A stretch of DNA of 64,000 bases from Octopus bimaculoides (taxonomy: Eukaryota), in NCBI RefSeq assembly GCF_001194135.2, contig NC_068988.1:94356814-94420813 (forward strand), in the 5' to 3' direction. This document shows, in pieces, positions 1-13,860 of this stretch. The notes beneath the pieces are model-generated. The model saw only the letters and a program-made list of their open reading frames with translations, made no database searches and was not told the DNA's origin. Position numbers and translations under genes: made by a program. How positions within the stretch are numbered: position 1 is the first letter of the stretch; every line of letters begins with the position of its first letter.

Positions 1-539
1 CATGCTGTGTGTGCTGCTGTGCTGCAATGTGCTCTCTCCAATACGTACGGTGTGGAAGGCTTGTAACAAAGAGGTCAAACAAACAATTAACCCCTCATTC
101 TTTATCGAAATTAAATCAGACCTAATAGTCCAACTTCAGTCTCCACAAATGTCCAAGCTACTCTTGTTGTTTGATGTGATAGTATCTAGATTCAAAATTT
201 TCGTCGATTCGTTTTCACTGTCATTTAGAAGAAAAGACAAAGTTGATCACTAAAATAATTGAATATTGATTATTTATTTTATCAGTTTATATTGGCAAAT
301 AGCTGGAGTGATGGAGGTGTCAACATGGCCATACGCCCAAGGTACAGATCTCAATCTGTAAAAGAATTGCATTAACTAAGAATAAACTCTTTGCTCTACT
401 TGATAGTACCAAAATCATACTTCACTGTAGTAACGGCTGAAATCATTAGAGAGGTATCGATAATGGACAAACGCAAGCATCAGATTGGAAACACTGGAAT
501 GGTTCGTGATTAATGGAAGGGATTAATAGTCGTAGACAT

Positions 540-659
540 AAAGACATGTATATATTATATACGCATACATCTACATATACATACATGCATATATATTTAT
601 ATGGACACTTAAAAAGTATACACACACATGTTTGTGTATATGTACATACATATAAATAT

Positions 660-724
<65 letters not shown>

Positions 725-868
725 CACATATACATATATATACATATACATATATATATATGCATATGTACATGCATATATTACATATATAACGAATGTA
801 CGTACACATACATATAAACATAAATATACTCGTATATATACATATATATGTACACACACTCACTCACT

Positions 869-942
<74 letters not shown>

Positions 943-1001
943 CATATATTTATATATATGGATATATGCATGTTATACATATATATGGATATAAGATACA
1001 A

Positions 1002-1065
<64 letters not shown>

Positions 1066-1116
1066 ATAAATATATATGTATAAATAAATATATATATATG
1101 TATGTTATATATATAT
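540..1116. repeat. Compound (TA)n/(CA)n microsatellite block running into an assembly gap (N 1117-1498)
   Basis: Visible dinucleotide runs; source of the YIYI/HTHT pseudo-ORFs. Confidence 0.95.
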
Positions 1117-1498
1117 NNNNNNNNNNNNNNNNNNNNNNNNNNNNNNNNNNNNNNNNNNNNNNNNNNNNNNNNNNNNNNNNNNNNNNNNNNNNNNNNNNNN
1201 NNNNNNNNNNNNNNNNNNNNNNNNNNNNNNNNNNNNNNNNNNNNNNNNNNNNNNNNNNNNNNNNNNNNNNNNNNNNNNNNNNNNNNNNNNNNNNNNNNNN
1301 NNNNNNNNNNNNNNNNNNNNNNNNNNNNNNNNNNNNNNNNNNNNNNNNNNNNNNNNNNNNNNNNNNNNNNNNNNNNNNNNNNNNNNNNNNNNNNNNNNNN
1401 NNNNNNNNNNNNNNNNNNNNNNNNNNNNNNNNNNNNNNNNNNNNNNNNNNNNNNNNNNNNNNNNNNNNNNNNNNNNNNNNNNNNNNNNNNNNNNNNNN

Positions 1499-1545
<47 letters not shown>

Positions 1546-1614
1546 TAAATTCATACATGTATGATTGTGTGCGCGTGTGTGTATGCGAGTGTGTCTGTGT
1601 GCCTGCGTGTGCGA

Positions 1615-1775
1615 AGGCACATGGCCTAATAGTTAAGATGTTGCACTTGAGATTGTGGCTTCGATTCACGGCTCAGACAGTGCGTTGTGTTCTTGAGAAA
1701 AACACTTAAACACGAGAAGCACCGCAATCACCTTGATATCTCACATGTGACACACCGGGGGCACCCATACAGCCA
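1615..1775 (+). mobile_element. Degenerate tRNA-derived SINE with CORE-like segment
   Basis: Head ggcacatggcctaatagttaag...ttcgattc followed by gttgtgttcttgagaaaaacact, matching the 35650-35972 copy. Confidence 0.5.
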
Positions 1776-1937
1776 ATATTGACTTGACCGTGGGAATGAG
1801 TTTACGGACAACACAAATTTTTGATGACTTTAAGAAAATCCTTTCTGCAATTCTTTCTGCACGAAATTGCACATCCCTCATGTGTCGTCTACGACAGGAG
1901 AGTCAGGATCAACGAGAGGATCATGTATGTAAGTACA

Positions 1938-2255
1938 TGTTGTTGCAGTTGGTGTTTGTTCCTTCTCGAGCCATACCTGACTCATAAGGTCTGGTTTCCG
2001 GGTTTCATTGAGGTATAGGTTTCCCCACCTGGACGGGACGGCGGTCCATCTCACATGAGCTGCTAGATGCAAAAGGAAAGAGTGAGAGAAAGTTGTGGTG
2101 AAAGAGTCAACAGAAATTCGTCATTACCTTCTGCCGGAGGCGCGTTGAGCTTAGGTGTTTCGCTCATAAACACACACATCACCCGCTCTGAGATTCGAAC
2201 TCGTGATCCCTCGACTGCGAGTCCACTGCTCTGGTCACTCAGCCATGTGCCTCCA
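1938..2255 (-). mobile_element. tRNA-derived SINE (OR-like head, V-domain-like body, (CAA)-rich tail)
   Basis: Minus strand gaggcacatggctgagtgaccagagcagtggactcgcagtc...gagttcgaatc (A/B-box-like); homologous over its length to 4826-5130. Confidence 0.85.
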
Positions 2256-2762
2256 CATGTAAGTATATAGATTCACTAAATTCGTTACTCTCTAATATAT
2301 ATGTGTCAGTGTGTACGTGTATGCATGTATGTAGGTAAGTGTATAACACTGGCACCATTCAAGACACTATGGAGTATGACAGCATTTCGCGGTTATATTT
2401 TTGATGCATTTCTTCATTCTTATAGACTGTCAATATAACAAAGCGGTATATGGATATGTGACCATCTGCTGAGCCCAAGACTTAACTGCTTGTGACACCC
2501 ACAACAATTCCCTGACGGATGCGGCTACTTCGGTAACCGGAAAATCGCGACGGTTCCTGCAAAATTAAACATTTCATGCCGCCACCTGTAGCAAAACAAG
2601 GGAAGTCTCTGTATTTCTTTGTCCCAGACTGGCCTCAAATCCCGTCTGCTGTGGTCAAGGTGCAGCTAAATATCATCTACTTCAATCTTGCTATCCTCGA
2701 CGGGCCCACTTCATCAATCGATTATTGGTGTCAGTTCTACATTATATTGGTTTCTAATTTTT

Positions 2763-2938
2763 GCACAAAGCCAGCAAGTTCGGGGAGAGGGGGTAAATGT
2801 TCAACTGGTACTTGTTTTAACGACACCGAAAGGGTGAAAAGGCAAAGTCGACCTCGGCGGGATTTGAACTCAGAACGTAAGACGGACGAGATGCCATTGA
2901 GTATTCTGCATGGCGTGCTACCGCTTCTGCCCGCCTAC
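2763..2938 (-). mobile_element. Degenerate family-A SINE (GGCGGCGAGCTGGCAG head; Meta/MESC-like centre)
   Basis: aaggcaaagtcgacctcggcgggatttgaactcagaacgtaa shared with the 36165, 41327, 41956 and 57689 copies. Confidence 0.8.
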
Positions 2939-3281
2939 ATTGTATTAGCACGAGCTTTCAGGAGAATGATGTAGCGAGAAAGGTACATAGTTAATTCGAG
3001 ATCGACTGAGGCATTCATTATTTGACTATTAAGTACATTAATAAAAATCGAGGTTCTCTATTGAGTAAGTATTTGATAATATTGATTTAAACATCGTTTC
3101 AAAAACAAGCACACCCCTTTGATAACTAACAGAGTAGGGTTTATATTTCCTTCAGGACTGAACACGTAACGGGTGGTGTGTATTAAGTTCGATTCCAGTA
3201 AAAAATACATTTTACAAGCTGTTTTGTTTTTTCCTATTCAACACATCAGCCCCAACCCATGCACGTAGTTCTTCTGATAGC

Positions 3282-3410
3282 TACAAGTTCGTGCTGAAAA
3301 GTTCATTGAGTAAAAGAAAATACGGGAGGAACGGTTAATTATGATTTTATTCGACATATTCCCCTCTCAGATTCACACACTTCTTGCAGCTCGGAAAATT
3401 CTTTTACAGG
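3282..3410 (+). mobile_element. Mariner-like DNA transposon 5' remnant
   Basis: tacaagttcgtgctgaaaagttc (TIR-like) then ttattcgacatattcccctctcagattcacacactt, a typical mariner 5' subterminal sequence (recalled); no second TIR seen. Confidence 0.5.
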
Positions 3411-4825
3411 CCTTTCGTGATAATCTTACAGCCAAGAACGTTTCAGCTCCCTCTCGTTTATGAATGTCCACACTCATCAGGGAGTATCGTCTTTCGGATG
3501 CTCACCCTCTATTTTATATTTCAAAATTATGGGACGTATGTGTTCCGTTAGTAGAGAAAGGGTTAAACATGTCCCGGCTGACACTGAAAGTATTAGAGAC
3601 AGAAAACGAAACACCGACCCCTTCAGGCGAAAGATCGTCACACAACTTATTTACCAAGTTGTTACTTTAATTTCAGGTATGGTTAATAATTCATACCATA
3701 ATTAAGTTGTAGGAATAATTGCTAGTTGTAATTAAAAATTCAGTTAATTATCCACTGAATTGTTAACGCATTATACAAGAGAATAGAGATATTTCTATTG
3801 CTACATTGTATAAGTGCGGCACTGTTAGAAATAACGCTCATCGTCATGTTTAAATATTCTAACAGTTACTTAATTTACACTTTTCATAATTGCTGATTAT
3901 TCTTATCAATGTGGTCCATTGATTTTGGGATCTACTTTGTAGTGCTTCATACAAGAATTACAGCCAACTATTGTTATCAAAGTAGCCTATCTGTTTACAC
4001 ATTTCTCTATTATATTGCATTTTCTCCCCCGGGTAATTTTATATTAAAGTTGTTAGATTCCTATAAACTAAACAAGTGTCTAGAAAATTGCACTGAACTG
4101 TTAGATCTACTTAAAGACCTTATGAATATTTTCGATCTATTTTATTTTCAATGATACCAGTTGAAATAAAACGCAACTGTAATTATTCTTCTACATTGAT
4201 CATTTACATACTTATAAACTTCAGATTTATAATGACTTCACTTGCGATTTTATAAAGTTCATGCCTTTATAGATGACAATAAAGACTCAAGTGAAGTGAA
4301 TTCGTTTTCGACTCCACTTGGTGAAAATTTACATCTTGCCAAACGGCCGCAAAATTACAATTATTTCTATATACACACAATTGTTTTGTTATGTCCTGAT
4401 ATTCATAGAAACAAGAGATTCTGTGATATTTATGCCTGCTATGCGTTCATATAGATTTAAAATTGAAGGTGCTAGAAATAGCACCGAAATATCATATTTT
4501 GTATAAATGTATTTATTATAAGTATTTTAAAATACTTATAAAATCTTGGATTTCGAAATTTCTGAAACCCACATTACATTCTAATAATGATCAGTGGCAC
4601 AATCAAACCAAACGGCAAGGAATTATGCAGTTGTCTAGTCTCAAGATTTGGTGCTACAGAGGTTATCACAATTTACTTGTTCTATACTGTTTAGGAATGT
4701 TTGGTGGACAATGCTTCAAATAGATTATATATGGAATACTGTTTTACGCATTCGTAAATTCAAACGTATTTACACTTACATGCATGCATAAATTTATATA
4801 TGTATTAATAATTAATTCTCTACTA

Positions 4826-5130
4826 TGTTGCTGTTTGTTGCTTCTCGAGCCATGCCTGGCTCATATGGGCCGGTTTAATTGCCGTATAGGTTTCCCACCT
4901 GGATGGGACACCGGTCCGTCGCAGGTGAGCTGCTAGATGCAGGAGGAAAGAGTGAGAGAAAGTTGTGGCGAAAGGGTCAGCAGAGATTCGCCATTACGTT
5001 CTGCCGGAGCCGCGTGGAGCTAAGGTGTTTTGCTCATAAACACACACGTCACCCGGTCTGAGATTCGAACCCATGATCCTTCGATTGCGAATCTGCTACT
5101 CTGCTACTCTAACCATTAGGCCATGTGCCT
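4826..5130 (-). mobile_element. tRNA-derived SINE (OR-like head, V-domain-like body)
   Basis: Paralogue of 1938-2255; 3' stem-loop GAGCCA-GGCA-TGGCTC at 4847-4862; caaacagcaac tail. Confidence 0.85.
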
Positions 5131-6519
5131 ACACAATTCTCTACTATGGTAATGGGATACAGAGTATTCTTTCTTCTGACAGCTCACACGTGGTTCCGGG
5201 TTATATTGCAAAAATACCATTATATGAATCTGCTTAGAACAAGGCAATCCCACTTCGGGATGCGAGTAACGTTAATCCTCGACTTGGACGTTGGCTTACT
5301 GAGGCGAGTTAACTGTTATCGTTGAGTTTATTATGCTGATCACTACTACTACTACTACTACTGTTGCTACTACTGCTGCTGTTACTTTGTTGTCACCTCT
5401 TGTCATATGGCTAACGGTATAAAGTTTCTATGCAGGTTCCCCTGATCCGAACCTTTTTCCTTCTATCCATGGCAATCAGCGTGTACTTAACTCTCAGCCG
5501 CACAACAAACACTTCTTACAGTCCCTCTTTTTCAGACTTGAAACTTAATCTTATACACAAGTGTAAGATGTCTCTACAACTATTGATCAAACTCATTATA
5601 CCCATCCAAGTCATCTGGGCTGACTTACAAAGGTCTTCAACATTTTCTCTTCAGTGCTTTTTCACTTATAAAGAAATTATAAAATTATCAATACTTCAAC
5701 TAGTATATTAGCCAGAGGACACGTTAGTATGTTTTCAGAACAGTATTCCTGTATCTTTACGGCTTTGTTGATGTTTATTTATGTTGCGGTTAATATCCAA
5801 TTTTCACGAACCTGCTAGCAGCTTTCGATCATCTAAACTTCGTAGTAGATTTCCTAGGGTGTTCTGGAAGTCCAGGAAGTTGTTGCTAATTTCCAATTTT
5901 CCATGGAAAATACGAGAAATATAATATTAGTGAAATTTTGCAAATAATATCTGCATTAAATTTCTTTGTATTTCTACTGAGAGAATTCTCCGAGGCATAC
6001 GTTGTAGCGTTACGTCGGTGTAAGTCTCATGTGTAATGGAAAGCAATAGTCGATTTCTCTTTATGCATTGATGTTTGGAGGCCAACTACCTAATAACGCA
6101 TTGAATGTAATTAATTCCCCAGTTAATTTCTAAAATAAAATCCAGGAATACGGATATAATCATATTCATTAGAAGGGCAGTTTGTGGATGAAAACGGTGG
6201 TGGCTTCACATTCGCCCCTTTATTATACATAATTACTGTGGGGCACCTGTTTTGATCCCTGCGAGCTGAAATCGTGACACATTCAATTTCGATTCAATTT
6301 CGATTGAGGCAATTCACTTTTACTCCAGCTGCCAACACCCTTGGGAACGGCATGAAGCCACAACACTGTATTTTCACTGAGTAAATATCGTTTTATATAG
6401 AAATACGAAAACTAGTTATAACAATATGTGTTCGATATCATATGCATTAGAAGGGCAGTTTGTGGATGAAAATGAGGGTGGTGGTTTCATATTTGGTCCT
6501 TAAACATATATCATACGGT

Positions 6520-6830
6520 TATTATTATCATCATCATCATCATCCTCATCATCATCATCATTATTATTATTATTATTATTATTGAGTGAGAGAGCAGTGC
6601 ATGCCATCAAAGGGACACTGGAATACAAATATACGAAGCCCACTATATCCATCATGGCTACCCGTCTGATAAGGGTACATAAGGCACATGCATCCAACCA
6701 TATGTGCACAACATGACGATCTCATATCAAGTTAACAGTGCATGACTTTACAGGTGGGGCCCAGTAAAGTAGCCTATCCCACTCAAAAGGTCCCTGAATA
6801 AGGTTTGTTTTAGAATATTGAACGAAACAG
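6520..6830 (-). mobile_element. 5'-truncated copy of an (AAT)n-tailed retroposon
   Basis: Reverse-complement match to 26330-26590 (ctgctctctcactcaataataat end); trinucleotide tail at 6520-6582. Confidence 0.8.
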
Positions 6831-7189
6831 AAAAAAAATCAACATTGTTTTAGTCAGGTATTTTGTCTATCAAACCGAAGATCTAGATGGCAAAGTCGAC
6901 CCGGAGTGTATTTGAATACCAACAGCAAGTCATTCTGGTTGATTCTTTAACGAATCTGCAAATTCGTCGACGAAGTATTACTCGGCTACGAGCTTATACA
7001 TGAGCTAATTAGTGAAGTGTATATTGTAATGAAGTGAAAGCTAAATGTTCGAAAGTTCAAATATTACAAAAACAATGTTTTTTAGGCCTTACTGTATAAT
7101 TTAATACACAGAGCGCAGTTTTCGTACCATCGTGGATTTATATTAGAACCTGAATATTATTTGCGTTAGAGTGGCAACAATTATCCGCG

Positions 7190-7254
7190 AAGAGAGAGAG
7201 AGAGAGTGAGAGAGTGAGAGAGAGAGAGTGAGAGAGAGAGAGTGAGAGAGAGAA

Positions 7255-7325
<71 letters not shown>
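7190..7325. repeat. (GA)n microsatellite
   Basis: Direct inspection. Confidence 0.95.
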
Positions 7326-7328
<3 letters not shown>

Positions 7329-7642
7329 TCTATCGGACAAAGATCGGGATTAAATTTGGTACAATGAGTTTGTAAGTAATCATCAAATATGTACAGAAGG
7401 TGACATCCTTTTCTTTGGTTGAAAGTGAGGAAATAAATAGCAGTAATATAACGGGAATATGTACATGTCCACACACACACACACATACACACACATAATA
7501 TGCATATTATTCACATACGCATATATATACACATATTACTTGCCCTATTTTCCATTTTTTTCTCTCGTTGTTTACGTATTTAACTCGCTTGTTTACGTAT
7601 TTCATGTTGTTTGCACCGCTGGTGTCGTCCTGTACCCATATA

Positions 7643-7680
<38 letters not shown>

Positions 7681-7916
7681 NNNNNNNNNNNNNNNNNNNN
7701 NNNNNNNNNNNNNNNNNNNNNNNNNNNNNNNNNNNNNNNNNNNNNNNNNNNNNNNNNNNNNNNNNNNNNNNNNNNNNNNNNNNNNNNNNNNNNNNNNNNN
7801 NNNNNNNNNNNNNNNNNNNNNNNNNNNNNNNNNNNNNNNNNNNNNNNNNNNNNNNNNNNNNNNNNNNNNNNNNNNNNNNNNNNNNNNNNNNNNNNNNNNN
7901 NNNNNNNNNNNNNNNN

Positions 7917-7949
<33 letters not shown>

Positions 7950-9346
7950 GTGTATGTACATATATAAATATATATATATGCAAGCATGTATGTGTATGTA
8001 TATATGTGCGTTACATATCCATACGTGTGTGTGTGTGTGTCTATGTCTGAGTGCAGACAAAAACATATGTACATTATAAATATACACATATACTCACACA
8101 AGATCCGATATATCTATATATCATAATTAACACATAGGTTTTTCTTTGGCACACGTCTATATTCCACCACTCCCACCTCACCCCCACCCCCCATCTACGT
8201 TGTTTGCCATCGACTGATCCTATGTTTCTTTCTCCAGTCAGATTTATTGATAATATGGAAATGCAAAAATAAAGGGGATTTAATAAACCTACACGGTATG
8301 CGTATGTGTCTAAAGATAGATACGTAGTTATTGACAGCCACACCCAATAGAGTTAGTAACACGTAAAGCAATTTGACAAGTGCCAATGAGAAGCTTATGT
8401 ATATGTGCATCTTGTGTACGCGTGCGTATGTATAGATACATACACAAAACACCTATACATACATACGTACATACATACTTACATACATGCATATATATAC
8501 GCATACACCTATATACATATGTGTGTGTGTGTAGGTATGTATACATATACATACATGTAAAGGAAAATTGTATGCATAAAATATATGTATATAAGTTTGT
8601 TTGTATATACACACATATTTTCACAAATATACATATATATTTGCGCAAAATAAAAAATTAGTGTATTTATAGACGTGTGTATGCGGTGTGTATGTGTTTA
8701 TATGTGCGTGTGTGCGCGTGTGTGCGCATATATACATATATGATATATATGTCTGTATATCTGTATATATATAAGTATATATATATATATATATATATAT
8801 NNNNNNNNNNNNNNNNNNNNNNNNNNNNNNNNNNNNNNNNNNNNNNNNNNNNNNNNNNNNNNNNNNNNNNNNNNNNNNNNNNNNNNNNNNNNNNNNNNNN
8901 NNNNNNNNNNNNNNNNNNNNNNNNNNNNNNNNNNNNNNNNNNNNNNNNNNNNNNNNNNNNNNNNNNNNNNNNNNNNNNNNNNNNNNNNNNNNNNNNNNNN
9001 NNNNNNNNNNNNNNNNNNNNNNNNNNNNNNNNNNNNNNNNNNNNNNNNNNNNNNNNNNNNNNNNNNNNNNNNNNNNNNNNNNNNNNNNNNNNNNNNNNNN
9101 NNNNNNNNNNNNNNNNNNNNNNNNNNNNNNNNNNNNNNNNNNNNNNNNNNNNNNNNNNNNNNNNNNNNNNNNNNNNNNNNNNNNNNNNNNNNNNNNNNNN
9201 NNNNNNNNNNNNNNNNNNNNNNNNNNNNNNNNNNNNNNNNNNNNNNNNNNNNNNNNNNNNNNNNNNNNNNNNNNNNNNNNNNNNNNNNNNNNNNNNNNNN
9301 NNNNNNNNNNNNNNNNNNNNNNNNNNNNNNNNNNNNNNNNNNNNNN

Positions 9347-9383
<37 letters not shown>

Positions 9384-9420
9384 TTGTATATGCCACTCAC
9401 TTCAGAGAGAGGGTGAGAGA

Positions 9421-9476
<56 letters not shown>

Positions 9477-11269
9477 ACTTACACATACTTGCACTCATAT
9501 GTGTGAATATGTTATAGAGGCCGTACGTATTGATGTATGTGAATTTAAATATCTGTGTAAGATTTTCTCGCCCGAATAGCATCACAGAGAGGCTTAAAAT
9601 GGAACATAGTTTGATTTCCTTATTAATACTTTGCAAGTAATGTTTACTATTTTATATTTATGACGTCAAAGCTGCGCTATTGCTGGTGAGCAGTTGTTAT
9701 CGCATTGTTACGAGCGCTACCATGTGTCTTTATCTCCGAGTAATTTTCCTTTGTCTCAGCAGCGAAATCCTTCCCATTAGCAGTGTAAGATCCAATCAGT
9801 TCCAAGCTGATCAGGCAGAAGGGAACGTGACGGGCAATGTTCACTCATTCAAGCGACTACTTGCACCTCGCACCCTCCCAACCCTACAATAACCTCCTCC
9901 CACTAACACCCACTCATATTGTCTTCCTTTTTTTTTTGTTTTATGTTTTACTTCTTCATTTCTTTCTCCCGTCCTCTTTCTCTCCACTCTCTCTCTTTCT
10001 CTCCTCCTCTCTGTCTATCTCTCTATCTGTCTAACACTATCTCTCTCTTTCTCTCTCCCTCACTCATCCTTTATCGGTTGCTAATCTCGTGGGCCGTCAG
10101 GGGGCCAGCGCGACTAATTGGGGTCGGAGGGCACTTTACCGCCGATATATAACACGTCATATAGACAGAAAAGCGTATTGATTCCAGCTGTGATGATGTT
10201 AAGAGCGCTTTTATACATGCTGCGTTATTAGCATCGGTTTACTGTCCATGCTTCGAGCCGCTTCACTGGAGCGCAACGTATTTCTAAGATGGCGGAATGG
10301 TGCAGTACAGTGCTGGGTAAAAATAAACAGAGAATCTGTCTTGTGTTACTGAGAGAAAGATGTATGATATATTGACATGAACTGGCTCTCAATGAGATTA
10401 AACATAATTTCTAGTAACATTTTAGCATTTCCATAGCTTAATTGTGCAAAAGTTGAAGATAAATAACCAGGCGAGTAGCTTTGTAAATTATGTGGTGAGA
10501 ACAAACCATATACGTAGGTCGAGTAGCAAATACACACACACATGCGCAGAACATACTATACAAATATAATTTCACTAATTTTTTTTATGATTATATTTCA
10601 GTTATTTTTGGTTTCTTGTTTCTCTTTTTTGTATTTTGCCCTCTCTCACTTCATAATCAGATTCACTATCTTTTTTGTTTCCCCCACTTCTCTCTGAATT
10701 CCGGTTTATTCTGGAGATATGGGCGCCAATAAAATAATAGTTACTGTCATTTTACATTTTAATCGAGATCCATGTCCAGTAAACTTCAATGAAATCTAAT
10801 TGCTCGAAGCAATCAAAACGCAGACGCAGCATAAAAGATATCACATTATCGTATCATATAATAAAAGTTAACCTACTGTATAGTACGATATTTATTACCT
10901 CATAGTTCGTCAAAACTTCTCCTTTATACACACCTCACAGATGCACTGACAATATACATATATATCTGTGTGTGTGTGTGCACTATATATGTATATATAT
11001 ATATATAATGTTGATAAAGTTGGTGTGATGTGACGAGATGTGGACTCTAAATTAAGGACAGTGTCCATCGACAGGTAAATATCAAAACATTTCAGGAGGT
11101 CAAACTCCGAGAAATATCTTTACATAAATACAGAAAGTGTTAAATTATAACAATTGACCAGCAAATCAATTACGGATCAGCTTGAATGTTAAACAAACAA
11201 CGATTCGGATGACAACCAATGGTGCTTTCATTTTTCAAGTCACACACTTTCTAATCTCTTTCTCTTTCT

Positions 11270-11542
<273 letters not shown>

Positions 11543-11544
11543 AT

Positions 11545-12270
11545 ATATCATATTTAGAGTAGAAAGATCTCAGGTCTTAAGAAGGAGGAAAGCAATGAGA
11601 TGGAAGAGAGTTCCAAAGTCTAACAGTTCAAGGGAAAAGTTACGACCGTAGAAAGACTACCTTATCCGTGGAGGCACAACAGTATGTAACGCTGTGTGTT
11701 TCGAGTCAGGTGAGAACGCACAACGTGATCTGGAATTATGAAAGTTTACCGGAGCACTTCCTGTGACAATAACAATAGAAAAATTAAGAATGGCACAGTG
11801 ACGTCGATGTGACAGGTGTTGCAGGGTTGAGGCAAAAGAGGGGCTAATCAAATTAGGGACTCGCTTCTGGACCTGGTCGAGGACAGCCAAATGACAAGAC
11901 GTTGTACCTGCGCAAATATGACAGCAATATTCCACAAAAGGACCAATTGTGGGCTTGTAAAGATACAAAATGGCTTCGGATGTGTGGTCGTTCTTTGATT
12001 ACCTCCCTTGACTACAATATGGCTTCGAATTGAGGTAGTCATTACACAATGACCCAACTTTACTTGAAGCAGATCTACCAACTGATTGCATGTGAGAACC
12101 CCAAGAAATATCAGGTGCATAAGTAGGAGCAAACAATTTAAAAATACTTTTACTGCCTCACCATGTGATACCTCAAACTTTTAACTCACGCCTATGAATC
12201 CCACAGCCGTTCCCACGACCCTTGTTACAAGTAAGATGCAGGTCTATGTCGTAACTGGTTACAAGGTAGA
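11545..12270 (-). mobile_element. Decayed 3' end of a CR1/L2-group non-LTR retrotransposon ORF2
   Basis: Minus-strand peptides APDISWGSHMQSVGRSASSKVG, LYKPTIGPFVEYCCHICAG..LDQVQKR..LSHRR and VRLWNSLP resemble the post-RT region of this group; frameshifts and stops present. Confidence 0.8.
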
Positions 12271-12286
12271 ACTGAAGACATATTAC

Positions 12287-12572
12287 CTGTCCCTAAAATT
12301 CCTTTGAGTAGCAGAAATTGCACACTCATTATATTCCATTTGATAATTTCTTTCTCTAAACGCACCAACATGTTCACCTTTTATTTTGAATGTTTTCAAG
12401 TTCAACAAAGTTAAGGGAACTTCCAACCAGATGTTCCCTTCTGTCTGATCATTTGTACTTTCTACCCAGTTCTTTATGTCCTTTTTAAAGAATTTAAAGC
12501 GTTTAAGGTTATCTAGCTTGAAGATGATGGCACTGATTCGGAGAAGATAATGTCTGTTGACCAATAACATGG
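12287..12572 (-). CDS. Candidate internal exon of an unknown protein
   Basis: Single open frame MLLVNRHY..QRNFRD bounded by a pyrimidine-rich acceptor ttttctcgtcctattacatctacAG and a donor AG|GTAATA just before the in-frame stop; no recognisable homology. Confidence 0.25.
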
Positions 12573-12878
12573 CTGTAGATGTAATAGGACGAGAAAATCT
12601 ATCAATTTAAAACACATAGCGGCGGGTGAGGTGGGGGTTTGCGTTATCACGAACAAAGAAATCAAGACTAAATTCAAAAGAGAAGCCGGATTTATTGCAA
12701 TTAGGTGATATGTGTTTGGATGGGAGAGAGTATTCTGTTGTCACACAAAAGCAACATGTATTTATTTGTCTATGCATGTATTTGCGTGTATTGTTTTGTT
12801 TGTATATTTGTGTATGCGATGTGTGTATCTGCGTATATGTCGTATGTGTGTGTTTCTCTCTTTCTCTCTCTCCCTCTC

Positions 12879-12940
<62 letters not shown>

Positions 12941-13810
12941 TACATTTACAGTGACTGCTGTAAAGCAATCTTGAAATTAGTATCCCGAGATCAATACATA
13001 ATTATCTGAACGAAATCCCTTCGAGGCAACGGCGAGAATCAGTTTAATTAAACAAGTCTCTCGTCAACTGAGGTTAAATTAGATATGACAGGTAACTAAT
13101 CCATGTGGTATTCGTCGTCTTTGTCTTTTCTTAAACCTTGAGGCAAACATTTCTCATGTCTCTCAAACGCTTCAATGTTGAAATTGAGTGACACTCACTT
13201 ATTGACAAATTGGAAATGTTGATCCCCCACTTTAAACTGCTCCACTTGATGAATTACCAACATACGCTGCCTAACCATGCAGTCTTAGCTGAAACTTGAA
13301 CTGTTAGGACTTAGCTGACGAACAGTAACAGGCGTAGACACAGCAATTGAGCTATTTAATCCACGTTACTAATAATTTCTAAATTAGTTCCGAATCATAG
13401 ATAAATGAAATGAATTCAGAATTGGTGGCTTTCATGTTTTCCCCGAATGTATTTATACGATATTGGAAACAACTATTGAAATTCCAAAGCGCTCTGTTAA
13501 TGCATCTCTTCAGCAGGGAAACTCTGTACGACCAAAGTTTAAAAGTATTAAATTTATAGTCAAAATATAGCAACTAAGAAAATTCTTCTTTGTGTAAACT
13601 GTATGCTTAAAGGCTGATAACTAAATTGTACGCATGAGTGAATGTAAATATGTATATACGTCAGTGTGTGTGTGTGCGCGTATATATATATATGGATCCG
13701 TAGATCCACCCTCAGCTGTGAACTTGGAACCTAACGGGTGACCAGTTATACCACTTACACAGCGTACCTATTCGTTTAGTTCGCCAGTGAACTAAATCCC
13801 TCATATTCTA

Positions 13811-13860
<50 letters not shown>

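Noticed and set aside
1790-1935. Exon-like peptides on both strands (e.g. HEGCAISCRKNCRKDFLKVIKNLCCP*)
   Set aside because: Short, strand-ambiguous and with no recognisable family; GTAAGT motifs arise easily in this TA/TG-rich context
12325-12365. piggyBac-like HSLY/FDNFF motif on the plus strand
   Set aside because: Needs a frameshift, is followed by a stop, and has no further transposase similarity
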